64,000 nucleotides of DNA. Source: a bacterium (GTDB lineage Bacteria > Zhuqueibacterota > Zhuqueibacteria > Oceanimicrobiales > Oceanimicrobiaceae). This document shows positions 49,801 to 59,067 of this stretch, one piece after another. Positions within the stretch are counted from its first letter, which is position 1. The number at the start of each line of letters is the position of its first letter. The DNA lies in NCBI GenBank assembly GCA_037446635.1, contig JBBIIG010000010.1, positions 32,600 through 96,599 on the forward strand, in the 5' to 3' direction. The position numbers and the translations under genes are program-made. The notes under the pieces are model-generated. The model ran no database searches and was not told the DNA's origin. It saw only the letters and a program-made list of their open reading frames with translations.

Positions 49801-50652
49801 TCAGCCAATTTTTTGCGCAATCAAATACCAGGTTGGGTTGATAAAATGATTGAACACACCGCCGCGCTCGTTCACCAGCGCGCAGACGGCTTTTTGCAAA
49901 TGCAGTTTTTGGGCCAAACCAATTATGGCCAGGTGGGCGTCGCTGTTCACCACCGCGGTGGGTTGGGCAAAGAGCCGCTGCGCCGCCATTTTGTTCACGA
50001 AGCGAAAGTGAAAATGATTTTGCCGCAGCCAACGCCGCAATGTTGGCAGCGAAAACAGCGCGGCAAAATCACGGCGCACTTGGGATTCGCGGCGGAGAAA
50101 TTTGGTGATAAAAAACTCCACGCCCGCTCTCGGCAGCGCCGCGACCAGCGGGAGATTCCAGTGCGGATCCGAAATCCAATTCAGCAGCGACCAGCGGTTG
50201 GGCGTTGAAATGTAAAGGCGGCCGCTGGGTTTTAAAACGCGGCGGGCTTCTGCCAGCGCTTTTTGCGGTTGAGGGAGATGTTCCAGCACATCCTGAAAAA
50301 TCACCCAATCAAAACGATTGCTTTTGAAATTCAATTGCTCTGCGCCGCCGGTTAAAACGCAACCGTTTTTTTGAGCGGCGGTTAGGTTTTTCAATCGCGC
50401 CGTTTTTTGTGAATTGAATTCCACTGCGACGACTTGCGCGCCGCGCGCCAGCAGCGCCAGGGTGGTTCCTCCCATTCCAAAGCCGACGTCCAAAATTCGT
50501 AAGTTGGCCACCGGCTGAAACAATTCTAAAATATCGGCCACCAGCTCGCCGCGCGCGCGGGCGAAACGGGCGTAGTTGGCCCACAGGCGGTAGTTGGGGT
50601 GAGTTGGCGGCGGCAGCCACTCCGGGAGTTCCGTCTTGAGATTTATTTCCAT
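49801..50652 (-). CDS. Class I SAM-dependent methyltransferase
   Basis: ILDVGFGMG, DVLEHL, LKPSGRLYISTPN. Confidence 0.9.
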   Translation of the reverse strand: MEINLKTELPEWLPPPTHPNYRLWANYARFARARGELVADILELFQPVANLRILDVGFGMGGTTLALLARGAQVVAVEFNSQKTARLKNLTAAQKNGCVLTGGAEQLNFKSNRFDWVIFQDVLEHLPQPQKALAEARRVLKPSGRLYISTPNRWSLLNWISDPHWNLPLVAALPRAGVEFFITKFLRRESQVRRDFAALFSLPTLRRWLRQNHFHFRFVNKMAAQRLFAQPTAVVNSDAHLAIIGLAQKLHLQKAVCALVNERGGVFNHFINPTWYLIAQKIG

Positions 50653-51740
50653 TTTATTTTGCCCACCAATCCCAGCGGTGAAATGATGATCTGGTTGATC
50701 AAAAAGAAAATTTCCCAGATGGGAAACATGAAAAGCAAATTTGATTTTCCGAATTTTTTGGTGATCAAAAACAGCGCGGCAAAATCTGCCACCAGTTTTG
50801 ACGCAAAAAAAATTCCGGCCGCTCGGGCGCGGCCGGGTTCGAACGCCGCGTAAATTAAAAATCCAAAAAGTATGAGGTTGGCGAGATTGAACATTCCGTA
50901 CGCGGCCTGCAGCGGTTTCGAATAATATTTCGCCGCGGAGACGTGCCGCCGGCGCTGCCGGATGAATTCCGCCAGCGACGCCGCCGGCCGGCTGGGCACG
51001 GCGGTTTTGGGATTCAGCGAGTAGCGAATTTGCCAGCGCGTGCGTTTTTTTATTTGCTGCAGAAAAAGATCGTCGTCGCCGGAGAGGCTGTGCTGGATGG
51101 CTTTGAATCCGCCCACTTCTTCATAAACGGGTTTGCGGTAAGCCAGATTGCGGCCGCTGCAGGTTGCGCCGACGTTCCAACCGGCGGCGCCAGCGGCCAC
51201 AAACGCGGCAGCAAAATTATCCAGCGCCAGAAGTTTTTCCCAGAAAGTCTGCGCGGGTTCAAAGGGCGCCGGCCCGATCACCATTCCTACTTCGTCGGAA
51301 AACAGCGGCGCGGTTTCGGCAACCCACTCCGGCGGCGGTTGGCAGTCGGCGTCGGTAGTGAAAATGATCTCGCCGCTGGCTGATTCGATGCCCTGGCTGA
51401 GCGCAAACTTTTTGGGACTGATGTTTTGCGGAACGCGCTCGATTTTTTTTAAGATGAACCGCTCTCCCAATTTTTTTCGGAAGCGCGCCATAATTTCAAA
51501 CGTGCCGTCGTCCGAGCGATCATCCACGGCCACGATTTGCAGCCGTTCCGGCGGATAGGTTTGCGCAGCCAGTGCATTCAGACAGGCCTCGATGTTGGCG
51601 GCTTCGTTGCGCGCGGCCACCACCACTGAGACCGATGGCGGGCGGCCGCTGCCCTGATTTTTTGTCCGCAGAATTCCCAAAAACAAAAAGCCGATTATGA
51701 GAAGAAAAAATGTCAGCGCAGCGATTTCAATCCAAAGCAT
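50643..51740 (-). CDS. Membrane GT2 glycosyltransferase
   Basis: ARNE, DDRSDD, TDADC, GDDDL, QRRRH; probable start MLWIE at 51740 (ORF open from 51812). Confidence 0.9.
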   Translation of the reverse strand: MLWIEIAALTFFLLIIGFLFLGILRTKNQGSGRPPSVSVVVAARNEAANIEACLNALAAQTYPPERLQIVAVDDRSDDGTFEIMARFRKKLGERFILKKIERVPQNISPKKFALSQGIESASGEIIFTTDADCQPPPEWVAETAPLFSDEVGMVIGPAPFEPAQTFWEKLLALDNFAAAFVAAGAAGWNVGATCSGRNLAYRKPVYEEVGGFKAIQHSLSGDDDLFLQQIKKRTRWQIRYSLNPKTAVPSRPAASLAEFIRQRRRHVSAAKYYSKPLQAAYGMFNLANLILFGFLIYAAFEPGRARAAGIFFASKLVADFAALFLITKKFGKSNLLFMFPIWEIFFLINQIIISPLGLVGKIKWK

Positions 51741-51782
51741 ACGCAAGATATTGAAATTCAAAGAAACCGTCAAGCCAGAGAC

Positions 51783-51810
51783 GTTTACTAAACCCGGAGG
51801 TTTAGTAAAC
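51783..51810. repeat. 12-bp inverted repeat in a divergent promoter region
   Basis: GTTTACTAAACC-CGGA-GGTTTAGTAAAC. Confidence 0.65.
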
Positions 51811-51886
51811 ATGTGAAAAGCGTTGACTTTTGGATTTCAGTTCGCTATTTTCAGCCACGTAATCATTGTAACTTCGGGTAGGTTTT

Positions 51887-53155
51887 TTGGCGCGCTTGAA
51901 TTTAGCGATAGGTTTGAAAAAAATTCCGGTTGAAATTGACGATTCGCAAGTTTTAGCCATCAAAACGATTCCTCACACGGCGTCTCCCCAAGCCATCATT
52001 TCTCGGGCGTTGGAAAATCCCGTCGCCGGTGAAACACTCGGCGCTATTTTCAGCGGAGCGAAACAGGTCGTCGTCGTTGCGCCCGACAAAACTCGCAACT
52101 GCGGCGCCAACGCGATTTTGCCAATTTTAATAGCGCAATTGAACGCTTGCGGCCTCGCGGATGCCAATCTGAAAATCGTTCTGGCGACGGGCACGCACGC
52201 GGGGCATACGCCGCAGCAGGTTGCAGCCATTTTGGGAAACGAAATTTCAAAGCGCATCGAGGTTTTTGATCACAATTGTCGCGCCGCTGAAAACTTGACA
52301 CTGGTGGGAGAAACCCGCTTTGGGACGCCGGTGTTCATCAATCACCGGCTGTTGGAAGCCGACAAAACGCTGGTAGTGGCCGCGGCTGTGCATCACTATT
52401 TTGCCGGCTTCGGCGGCGGCGCGAAGATGATCAATCCCGGCTGCGCCGGCTACGAAACGATTTCGAAAAATCACGCGCTCACCATCGATCCGCAAACCGG
52501 CTGGCTGCACGTTGGCTGCCGCGCCGGGGAGGTTGAGACGAATCCGGTGCAATTGGATATCGCTGATTCCATGAGATTCTTTGCAGCAAATTTTCTATTT
52601 GAGACGATCTTGAATGACGCCGGCAAAATCGCGGCGGCGTTTGCCGGCGAGATGATGGCGGCGCATCGCCAGGCCTGCAAATTAGTGGATGAATTTTATA
52701 AAGTGAAAATTGCTGAGCGTGCGGATTTGGTGGTGGTGAGCTGCGGCGGCTATCCGAAAGATATTAATTTTATCCAGGCGCACAAATCGCTGCACAACGC
52801 CTTTTATGCGCTGAAGGAGGGCGGCGTTATGTTAGCGTTGGCCGAGTGCCGCGAGGGGGTAGGCTCGCCAACGTTTTTGGAGTGGTTTGATTTTGCGGAT
52901 GACGAATCGTTCCGAGCAGAATTAAAAAAGAATTACAAAGTCAACGGCACCACCGCCCTGGCCTTGAAAATGAAAACTCGCGCCGTGAGTATTATTTTGG
53001 TTTCAACTTTGCCGGCGGAGTTGGTGCGAAAATTGGGGATGATACCCGCCGCGACCTTTGAGGAGGGTTGGAAGCTGGCGCAAAAAAAACTGCCGCAACA
53101 TTTTACAACCTACATCATCCCCAATGGTTCATTGACCGTACCCTTCCTGAATTGA
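51887..53155 (+). CDS. LarA-family nickel-pincer racemase/epimerase
   Basis: PDKTR, ATGTH, HYFAGFGGGAKMINPG, NH, GGYPKDINFIQAHK. Confidence 0.9.
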   Translation: MARLNLAIGLKKIPVEIDDSQVLAIKTIPHTASPQAIISRALENPVAGETLGAIFSGAKQVVVVAPDKTRNCGANAILPILIAQLNACGLADANLKIVLATGTHAGHTPQQVAAILGNEISKRIEVFDHNCRAAENLTLVGETRFGTPVFINHRLLEADKTLVVAAAVHHYFAGFGGGAKMINPGCAGYETISKNHALTIDPQTGWLHVGCRAGEVETNPVQLDIADSMRFFAANFLFETILNDAGKIAAAFAGEMMAAHRQACKLVDEFYKVKIAERADLVVVSCGGYPKDINFIQAHKSLHNAFYALKEGGVMLALAECREGVGSPTFLEWFDFADDESFRAELKKNYKVNGTTALALKMKTRAVSIILVSTLPAELVRKLGMIPAATFEEGWKLAQKKLPQHFTTYIIPNGSLTVPFLN

Positions 53156-53157
53156 CG

Positions 53158-53694
53158 ATGATGAACATTCACATCAAGCTGGTTTTTTTGTTTCTAATTT
53201 TTGTCGGGTTTTGTTGCGCGGGGTTGCAGCCTAACCCAAAATACCACAACGGCCGGGCACCTGCTAAAACGGAACCCGCCGATCGCGGGCCGCTGCGGCT
53301 CGAAATTTCGTACTCAGAATTTCGCCGCCGGTTGTCGCAGGAGGTGGAATCCTATTTAGGCGTGCCGTATCGTTGGGGCGGAACCACCCGCAGCGGGTTG
53401 GACTGTTCCGGATTTGTGAGCGTGGTTTATCTCAACGCCACAAAGTTGGAACTGCCTCGCAAGGCGCGCGCGATGTTTAAATTCGGCCGCTCGATATCTG
53501 CACGCGAGTTGAAGTTCGGCGATTTGGTTTTTTTCGAGCGCATCGAAAACGATGGTATTTCTCATGTGGGAATTTATCTTGACCGGCGCCAGTTCGCCCA
53601 CGCCAGCACCAGCGAAGGCGTGGTCATCTCCACGCTTGATGATGTTTATTACAACAGCCGCTTCGTTGGCGCGCGGCGAATTTTTCAATATTGA
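53158..53694 (+). CDS. NlpC/P60 (C40) peptidase, probable lipoprotein
   Basis: YLGVPYRWGG, DCSG, SHVGIY, HAS. Confidence 0.92.
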   Translation: MMNIHIKLVFLFLIFVGFCCAGLQPNPKYHNGRAPAKTEPADRGPLRLEISYSEFRRRLSQEVESYLGVPYRWGGTTRSGLDCSGFVSVVYLNATKLELPRKARAMFKFGRSISARELKFGDLVFFERIENDGISHVGIYLDRRQFAHASTSEGVVISTLDDVYYNSRFVGARRIFQY

Positions 53695-53810
53695 TTATTG
53701 AGTTTATTGGATCAAATGGAGCATTGGGTTGTAACGTGAACCTTTGGTTTGCCGTCTCAAAGCTGAGCTTTGAGTTACAAATCTATACTCCGAATTCGTA
53801 GGGAGGATAC

Positions 53811-54995
53811 ATGTCTAAAATTGATAGCGCCGCCGTTCAAAATTATTTAAGGCAGCAGAAGTTCGACGGCTGGCTGATTTTTGATTTTCGGGGGCAGAAT
53901 TATATCGCGGCTTCCATCTTTGCGATGCCCAAAGATGCGCTGCTGACGCGGCGATGGTTTTATTTCATTCCCCAAAAAGGCGAGCCGGTTTTGTTGGTTC
54001 ATAAAATCGAGCGCACCAATTTTCCGGATCCGCCGCCCAAGCTGGAGACCTATGTCGGCTGGCAGGAGCTCAAGATCAAGCTTAGCGCTATACTGGCGGG
54101 CAGCCGTTCCATCGCCATGGAATATTCGCCGGATGGCGCGATTCCGTACGTCTCGTGTGTGGACGCCGGCACGTTGGAGATGGTGCGCAGTCTCGGGGTG
54201 GAAATCGTTACTTCCGCCAACCTGGTGCAATATTTTCAGGGCCGCTGGTCGGAAGAGCAGGTGCAATCGCACAGCCGCGCCGTGAAGCATCTCGACCGCA
54301 TCAAGAACGGCGCCTTTGCGCTGATTGGCGATCGTATCAAAACCGGCCGCGCCATTTCCGAACTGGATGTTCAGCGTTTCATCCTCGATGAGCTTGCAAA
54401 AGTGAATATGATCACCGAGGATCCCCCGATCGTGGCGGTCAACGCCAACGCCAGCAACCCCCATTATGCTCCTTCCGTCAGCCGGTTTAGTCCCATTAAA
54501 AAAGGCGACACGGTGTTGATTGATTTGTTCGGCAAAGAGCAAACCCCTGACGCCATTTACGGAGACATCACCTGGATGGGGTATGTCGGCGAAACCGTGC
54601 CGCAAAAACAGGCCGAGGTGTTTCAAATTCTTGTGAAGGCGCGCGAGGCCGCGGTGCAATTGTTAAAGGATGCGGCGGCGCAGGGCAAAACCATTCAAGG
54701 CTGGCAGGTGGATAAAGCCGTGCGCGATCTGATCGCCAAAGCCGGTTACGGTGATTATTTTTTTCATCGCACCGGCCACAGCCTCCACACCCGCATTCAC
54801 GGCAACAGCGTGAACCTCGACAGTTTGGAAACGCAAGATCAGCGCGACATCATCCCCGGCGTCGGGTTCACCATTGAGCCCGGAATTTATTTGGAAGAAT
54901 TTGGCGAGCGCAGCGAAATCAATGTTTATTATTCGGAACAGGGGCCGCAAATTTTTGGGCCGCGGCAAAGCGAGATCATCCCGCTTTTGAAATAG
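53811..54995 (+). CDS. M24 family (Xaa-Pro) peptidase
   Basis: NPHY, LID, GDITW, HRTGH, TIEPGIY, RSE. Confidence 0.9.
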   Translation: MSKIDSAAVQNYLRQQKFDGWLIFDFRGQNYIAASIFAMPKDALLTRRWFYFIPQKGEPVLLVHKIERTNFPDPPPKLETYVGWQELKIKLSAILAGSRSIAMEYSPDGAIPYVSCVDAGTLEMVRSLGVEIVTSANLVQYFQGRWSEEQVQSHSRAVKHLDRIKNGAFALIGDRIKTGRAISELDVQRFILDELAKVNMITEDPPIVAVNANASNPHYAPSVSRFSPIKKGDTVLIDLFGKEQTPDAIYGDITWMGYVGETVPQKQAEVFQILVKAREAAVQLLKDAAAQGKTIQGWQVDKAVRDLIAKAGYGDYFFHRTGHSLHTRIHGNSVNLDSLETQDQRDIIPGVGFTIEPGIYLEEFGERSEINVYYSEQGPQIFGPRQSEIIPLLK

Positions 54996-55002
54996 CATTA
55001 AA

Positions 55003-56427
55003 ATGGAAAGCACGATCAAGCGCGGCGCGGAGATTGAATTAGAAATAGAATCTTTGGCGTTTGGCGGCCGCGGTGTGGCGCGTGCAAGCGGCTTGGTGAT
55101 TTTTGTGGAAGATGCTCTGCCGGGCCAAATTGTCCGCGCCCGCATTTCCCGCAAGCGCAAAGAGTACGCTGAGGCTCGGCTCAGCGCGGTTTTAAAAGAG
55201 TCGCCGCTGGCCGCTGCTCCGCGTTGCCCCCACTTTCATGATTGCGGCGGATGTTCGTTGCAAAATCTTGACTACGCCGCCCAGCTAAAATACAAGCGCC
55301 AGCAGGTCATCGATAGTTTGCGGCGAATTGGCGGAATTGAAAAACCGCCAGTCTCCGACATTCTTCCGTCTCCGTCTCAATTTTATTATCGCAACAAAAT
55401 GGAATACTCGTTTGGCGATCAGCGCTGGCTCCCGCGCGCGGAAATCGAAAATTCGCTGCTGGCCAAGCCGAAGAACTTCGCGCTCGGCTTGCACGCGCGC
55501 GGCCGCTTCGATAAAATTCTCGACCTCGAGGTTTGCTATTTGCAATCGCCGCGCAGCGTAGAAATTCTGAATTTTGTGCGCGAGCTGGTTTTGAATAGCG
55601 GCGTCCCGCCGTACAACCCGCGCAATCATTCCGGCTACTGGCGGCACCTCGTCCTTCGCGAGGGCAAAAACACCGGCGATTTGATGGTTAATTTGGTGAC
55701 AGCAGACGGCCGGGGATTTCATAAAATGGTCGATGAACTGGCGCGGCAGCTTTCCCAAAAATTTCCGGAAATTACCACCATCGTGCACAACATTAATCGC
55801 CGCAAAGCGCAGGTGGCCACCGGTGATGAAGAACGAATCCTGTTTGGGCCGGGAGTCATTCGGGAGAAAATCGGGCAGCGGATGTTTCAGATTTCCGCGA
55901 ATTCGTTTTTTCAAACCAATACCTGCGGCGCGAAGCTGTTGTACGATAAAGTTGTTGAATTTGCTGACTTTCAACCGGAGGAAGTGGTTTACGATTTGTA
56001 CGCGGGCGCCGGCACGATCGCGCTTTATATTGCCGACCGCGTGCGCCAGGTGATTGGATTCGAAATTGTCGAAGACGCGCTGAACGACGCTGAGCGCAAC
56101 TGCGCGCTCAATGAGGTGGCAAATTGCTGTTTCGTTGCCGGGGATTTGAAGGACACGCTCGATTTCGAGGCTGTCAAAAAATGGCGAAAGCCGACCACGT
56201 TGATTATCGATCCGCCGCGTGCCGGCATGCACGACGACGTGCTGGCGCGAGTGGTGGAGTTGCGTCCCCCAAAAATCGTTTACGTCTCCTGCAACCCCGC
56301 CACCTTTGCCCGTGACGTGAAAATTTTTTGTGAAAATGGCTACGAGTTGAAAATTGTGCAGCCGGTGGATATGTTTCCGCACACGGCGCACATTGAGGTG
56401 GTGGGGATGTTGAATGCGAAAGGATAA
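55003..56427 (+). CDS. rlmD: 23S rRNA (uracil-C5)-methyltransferase
   Basis: TRAM domain, CPHFHDCGGC, SFFQTN, DPPRAG, YVSCNP, DMFPHT. Confidence 0.93.
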   Translation: MESTIKRGAEIELEIESLAFGGRGVARASGLVIFVEDALPGQIVRARISRKRKEYAEARLSAVLKESPLAAAPRCPHFHDCGGCSLQNLDYAAQLKYKRQQVIDSLRRIGGIEKPPVSDILPSPSQFYYRNKMEYSFGDQRWLPRAEIENSLLAKPKNFALGLHARGRFDKILDLEVCYLQSPRSVEILNFVRELVLNSGVPPYNPRNHSGYWRHLVLREGKNTGDLMVNLVTADGRGFHKMVDELARQLSQKFPEITTIVHNINRRKAQVATGDEERILFGPGVIREKIGQRMFQISANSFFQTNTCGAKLLYDKVVEFADFQPEEVVYDLYAGAGTIALYIADRVRQVIGFEIVEDALNDAERNCALNEVANCCFVAGDLKDTLDFEAVKKWRKPTTLIIDPPRAGMHDDVLARVVELRPPKIVYVSCNPATFARDVKIFCENGYELKIVQPVDMFPHTAHIEVVGMLNAKG

Positions 56428-56515
56428 ATTAAAAATCCTGATTTGTTTCGATTGCCCTCTCCACGGCTTTTCGCTGCGGCAGCGGTAGGCGAGTCAGCCG
56501 CCTCTTTAAAACCAG

Positions 56516-57460
56516 TCAAGACCACTCGCCCAAGTAGCGAATCTCTTCTTCCAATTGAACTCCGAATTTAGCTGCGACCTCCGTTTTCACTTTTTCGATG
56601 ATTTTTTTGATATCCTGCGCTTTGGCGCCGCCGGTATTGAGGATGAAATTCGCGTGCATTTCAGAAATTTGCGCGCCGCCGATGCGCAGCCCCTTGAGTC
56701 CGCTGGCCTCAATTAACCGCCCCGCAAAATCGCCGGGCGGATTTTTAAACACCGAGCCGGCGCTAGGGCCGCTGGGCTGATTTTTCCGCACTTTCAAATA
56801 GTCGGCCATCGTTTGCTCGATTCGGGCGGGATCGCCGGGCTTTCCTTTTAAAACTGCGGTCAACACCACCTCGCCGGTATCTTTGAGCTTGCTGTGGCGG
56901 TAGGAAAAATCGAGATCGGCAGGGGAGAGCCAAATGCTTTCTCCCTGTTTTGAAAAAATGTGAACGCGTTCAACCCGCTCGCTGATCCATTCGGTGCGCG
57001 TGCCGGCGTTGACCGCCACCGCCGCGCCAACCGTTCCCGGAATGCCGATCAAAAATTCCAATCCGCTGACGCCGTGCGCCGCGGCTTCTTTTGCTAAAAT
57101 GACGAGGTTGGTTCCGGAGTCGGCTTCCACTCGAAACTCGGGAAGAAATGAAAGACGTTGCGCGCGGTTCAAAATCACCAGCCCACGAACCCCTTTGTCG
57201 GAAACCAGGCTGTTCGCGCCAAAACCGAGGATGGTTGGCTGGGCGTTGTGCTGGCGGCAGATGCGAAGCACGCGCTCCAACTCCGGCGCGCTGCGCGCGA
57301 TGAAAAAGAGATCGGCGGGGCCGCCGACCCGCCAGTTGCAGTGGCGCGCCAAAGGCTCGTGCTCGCGGACCCGCTCGCTGCCGAAAGCAGCCAGCAGCGC
57401 CTTTTTTAACTCAGTCAGCACGGGCGTGAAATTAAGAAAGCGGCGATTGATTGTAAACAA
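56516..57460 (-). CDS. murB: UDP-N-acetylenolpyruvoylglucosamine reductase
   Basis: VGGPA, GIPGTVG, FSYRHS, SAGSVFKNP, HANF; real start may be the GTG at 57421. Confidence 0.94.
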   Translation of the reverse strand: MFTINRRFLNFTPVLTELKKALLAAFGSERVREHEPLARHCNWRVGGPADLFFIARSAPELERVLRICRQHNAQPTILGFGANSLVSDKGVRGLVILNRAQRLSFLPEFRVEADSGTNLVILAKEAAAHGVSGLEFLIGIPGTVGAAVAVNAGTRTEWISERVERVHIFSKQGESIWLSPADLDFSYRHSKLKDTGEVVLTAVLKGKPGDPARIEQTMADYLKVRKNQPSGPSAGSVFKNPPGDFAGRLIEASGLKGLRIGGAQISEMHANFILNTGGAKAQDIKKIIEKVKTEVAAKFGVQLEEEIRYLGEWS

Positions 57461-57520
57461 AAATATTTGAAACCGTTCTAAAGAAATGTCTCGTTAAGAA
57501 TCAAGAAAAAAAAGCGATCC

Positions 57521-57541
57521 TACACCGTTTGCAACGGTGTA
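57521..57541. repeat. REP-like palindrome ACACCGT-N5-ACGGTGT, copy 3
   Basis: TACACCGTTTGCAACGGTGTA preceded by GCGATC as in copy 2. Confidence 0.75.
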
Positions 57542-57582
57542 TTTCCCTCGATGTGACTATTGACTATTGATTGTTGTCTAAT

Positions 57583-58989
57583 TTATTCAAGCTCAATTTG
57601 CTTTTTGGTTTTCGGTTTCAGGCGGGGTGCTGAACCTTTCATCGGTTCAAGAAATTCCTTGACCAGCCCGCCCGCTTCTTTCCACTCGACTTCTTCCAGA
57701 TTTTCAATGCCCTCTGTGAGTTTGGTGAGAATGTCATCCTGGATTCGCCCGCGCGCTTGCGCCACCGAATAGGGGAGAAGATGAAATGAGACCATTGAGT
57801 AGCGCGGAATGAAACGATCTGGGAAGCGTTCTTCCAGCGCCAACTCAACTTGTTTTCGAAATAGAAATTTCGGATCGGCAACCTTGTCGCGCATCTCGAT
57901 GAAATTCTCCAGCGCCATGTCGGCGATGGCGTCGGTATTTACTTTGCGGAGCGATTCAAATTCTCGGAAAATCTTCTCCCAATCGCTTCCGAATTTTTCC
58001 AGACACTCATTGAGCACGCTGCAATCTTCAAAGGCGCAATTCATCCCCTGACCAAAAAACGGCACAATGGCATGAGCGGCATCGCCGAGCAGCAGGGCTT
58101 TATCTGCAACCGACCACGGCTCGCATTTTATCGTGACCAGCGAGCCCGTGGGATTGGCAAAAAAATCTTCCAGTAAAGTGGGCATCAGCGGCACGGCATC
58201 GGGAAATTGCGTTTTGAAAAATTCGAGAACTTTTTCTTTAGTGGAGAGGCTTTCAAAGCTCAACTCACCTCTGTGCGGAAAAAACAGCGTGCAGGTGAAG
58301 CTGCCGTCCAAATTGGGCAAAGCGATGAGCATGAACGAACGCCGCGGCCAGATGTGCAGCGCATGTTTCTGCAACCGAAATTCGCCGTTCGGCCCGGGCG
58401 GAATGGTCAGCTCTTTGTAGCCGTGTTCGAGATATTGCTGCGAGAGATTGAAGCGGCCAATTTTCATCATCTCATGGCGCAGAGCTGAGGCCGAGCCATC
58501 GGTGCCGATGACGGTTTTCACCGCGAACTGCATATCCGCGCCGGAGGTTTCATCGCGAAGATGAAGTTCGCTGTTCTCGAAATTCATGCCGGTGCAGCGC
58601 TGATTGAAATGAATCTCAACGCCGTGCCGCTCGGCTTCATCCAGCAGCGCCTTATTAAGCTCCGCCCGCGAAATGGCGTTGATGACTTCGTTTTCGTTCT
58701 TGCCGTACGGATGAAAACTCAGCTCACCTTTGATGGAGTGCATCATGCGGCCTTTCATGGGAATGGCCAGCCGTAGAATTTTATCGTCCATTCCGACTTC
58801 TTTCAAAGCGTGAATTCCGCGCGCGGAGAGGGCAAGATTGATGGAACGCCCGGCGCTGATTTGCTCTTTGCGCATGTCCGGTCGGCGCTCGAAAATTTTC
58901 ACTCGAAAGCCGCGTTTGGCGAGATAAATGGAGAGCAAAGGGCCGGCGAGTCCAGCGCCGATGAGGATGACGGGTTCTGACGATTTCAT
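57583..58989 (-). CDS. kmo: Kynurenine 3-monooxygenase
   Basis: GAGLAG, GRSINLALS, HALHIWPR, GDAAHAIVPFFGQGMN, NFIEMRD. Confidence 0.93.
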   Translation of the reverse strand: MKSSEPVILIGAGLAGPLLSIYLAKRGFRVKIFERRPDMRKEQISAGRSINLALSARGIHALKEVGMDDKILRLAIPMKGRMMHSIKGELSFHPYGKNENEVINAISRAELNKALLDEAERHGVEIHFNQRCTGMNFENSELHLRDETSGADMQFAVKTVIGTDGSASALRHEMMKIGRFNLSQQYLEHGYKELTIPPGPNGEFRLQKHALHIWPRRSFMLIALPNLDGSFTCTLFFPHRGELSFESLSTKEKVLEFFKTQFPDAVPLMPTLLEDFFANPTGSLVTIKCEPWSVADKALLLGDAAHAIVPFFGQGMNCAFEDCSVLNECLEKFGSDWEKIFREFESLRKVNTDAIADMALENFIEMRDKVADPKFLFRKQVELALEERFPDRFIPRYSMVSFHLLPYSVAQARGRIQDDILTKLTEGIENLEEVEWKEAGGLVKEFLEPMKGSAPRLKPKTKKQIELE

Positions 58990-59067
58990 TTCAACTCTAG
59001 GTTACCCCCACAGCTTAGGTTATCATCATAGTGGCTTATTGGAGTAATGGAGTAGCGGAGTAATGAT

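Noticed and set aside
49801..50032. Short ORFs near the radical SAM gene as RiPP precursor peptides
   Set aside because: They overlap the methyltransferase; no RRE, peptidase or exporter, and the context is sugar/lipid modification
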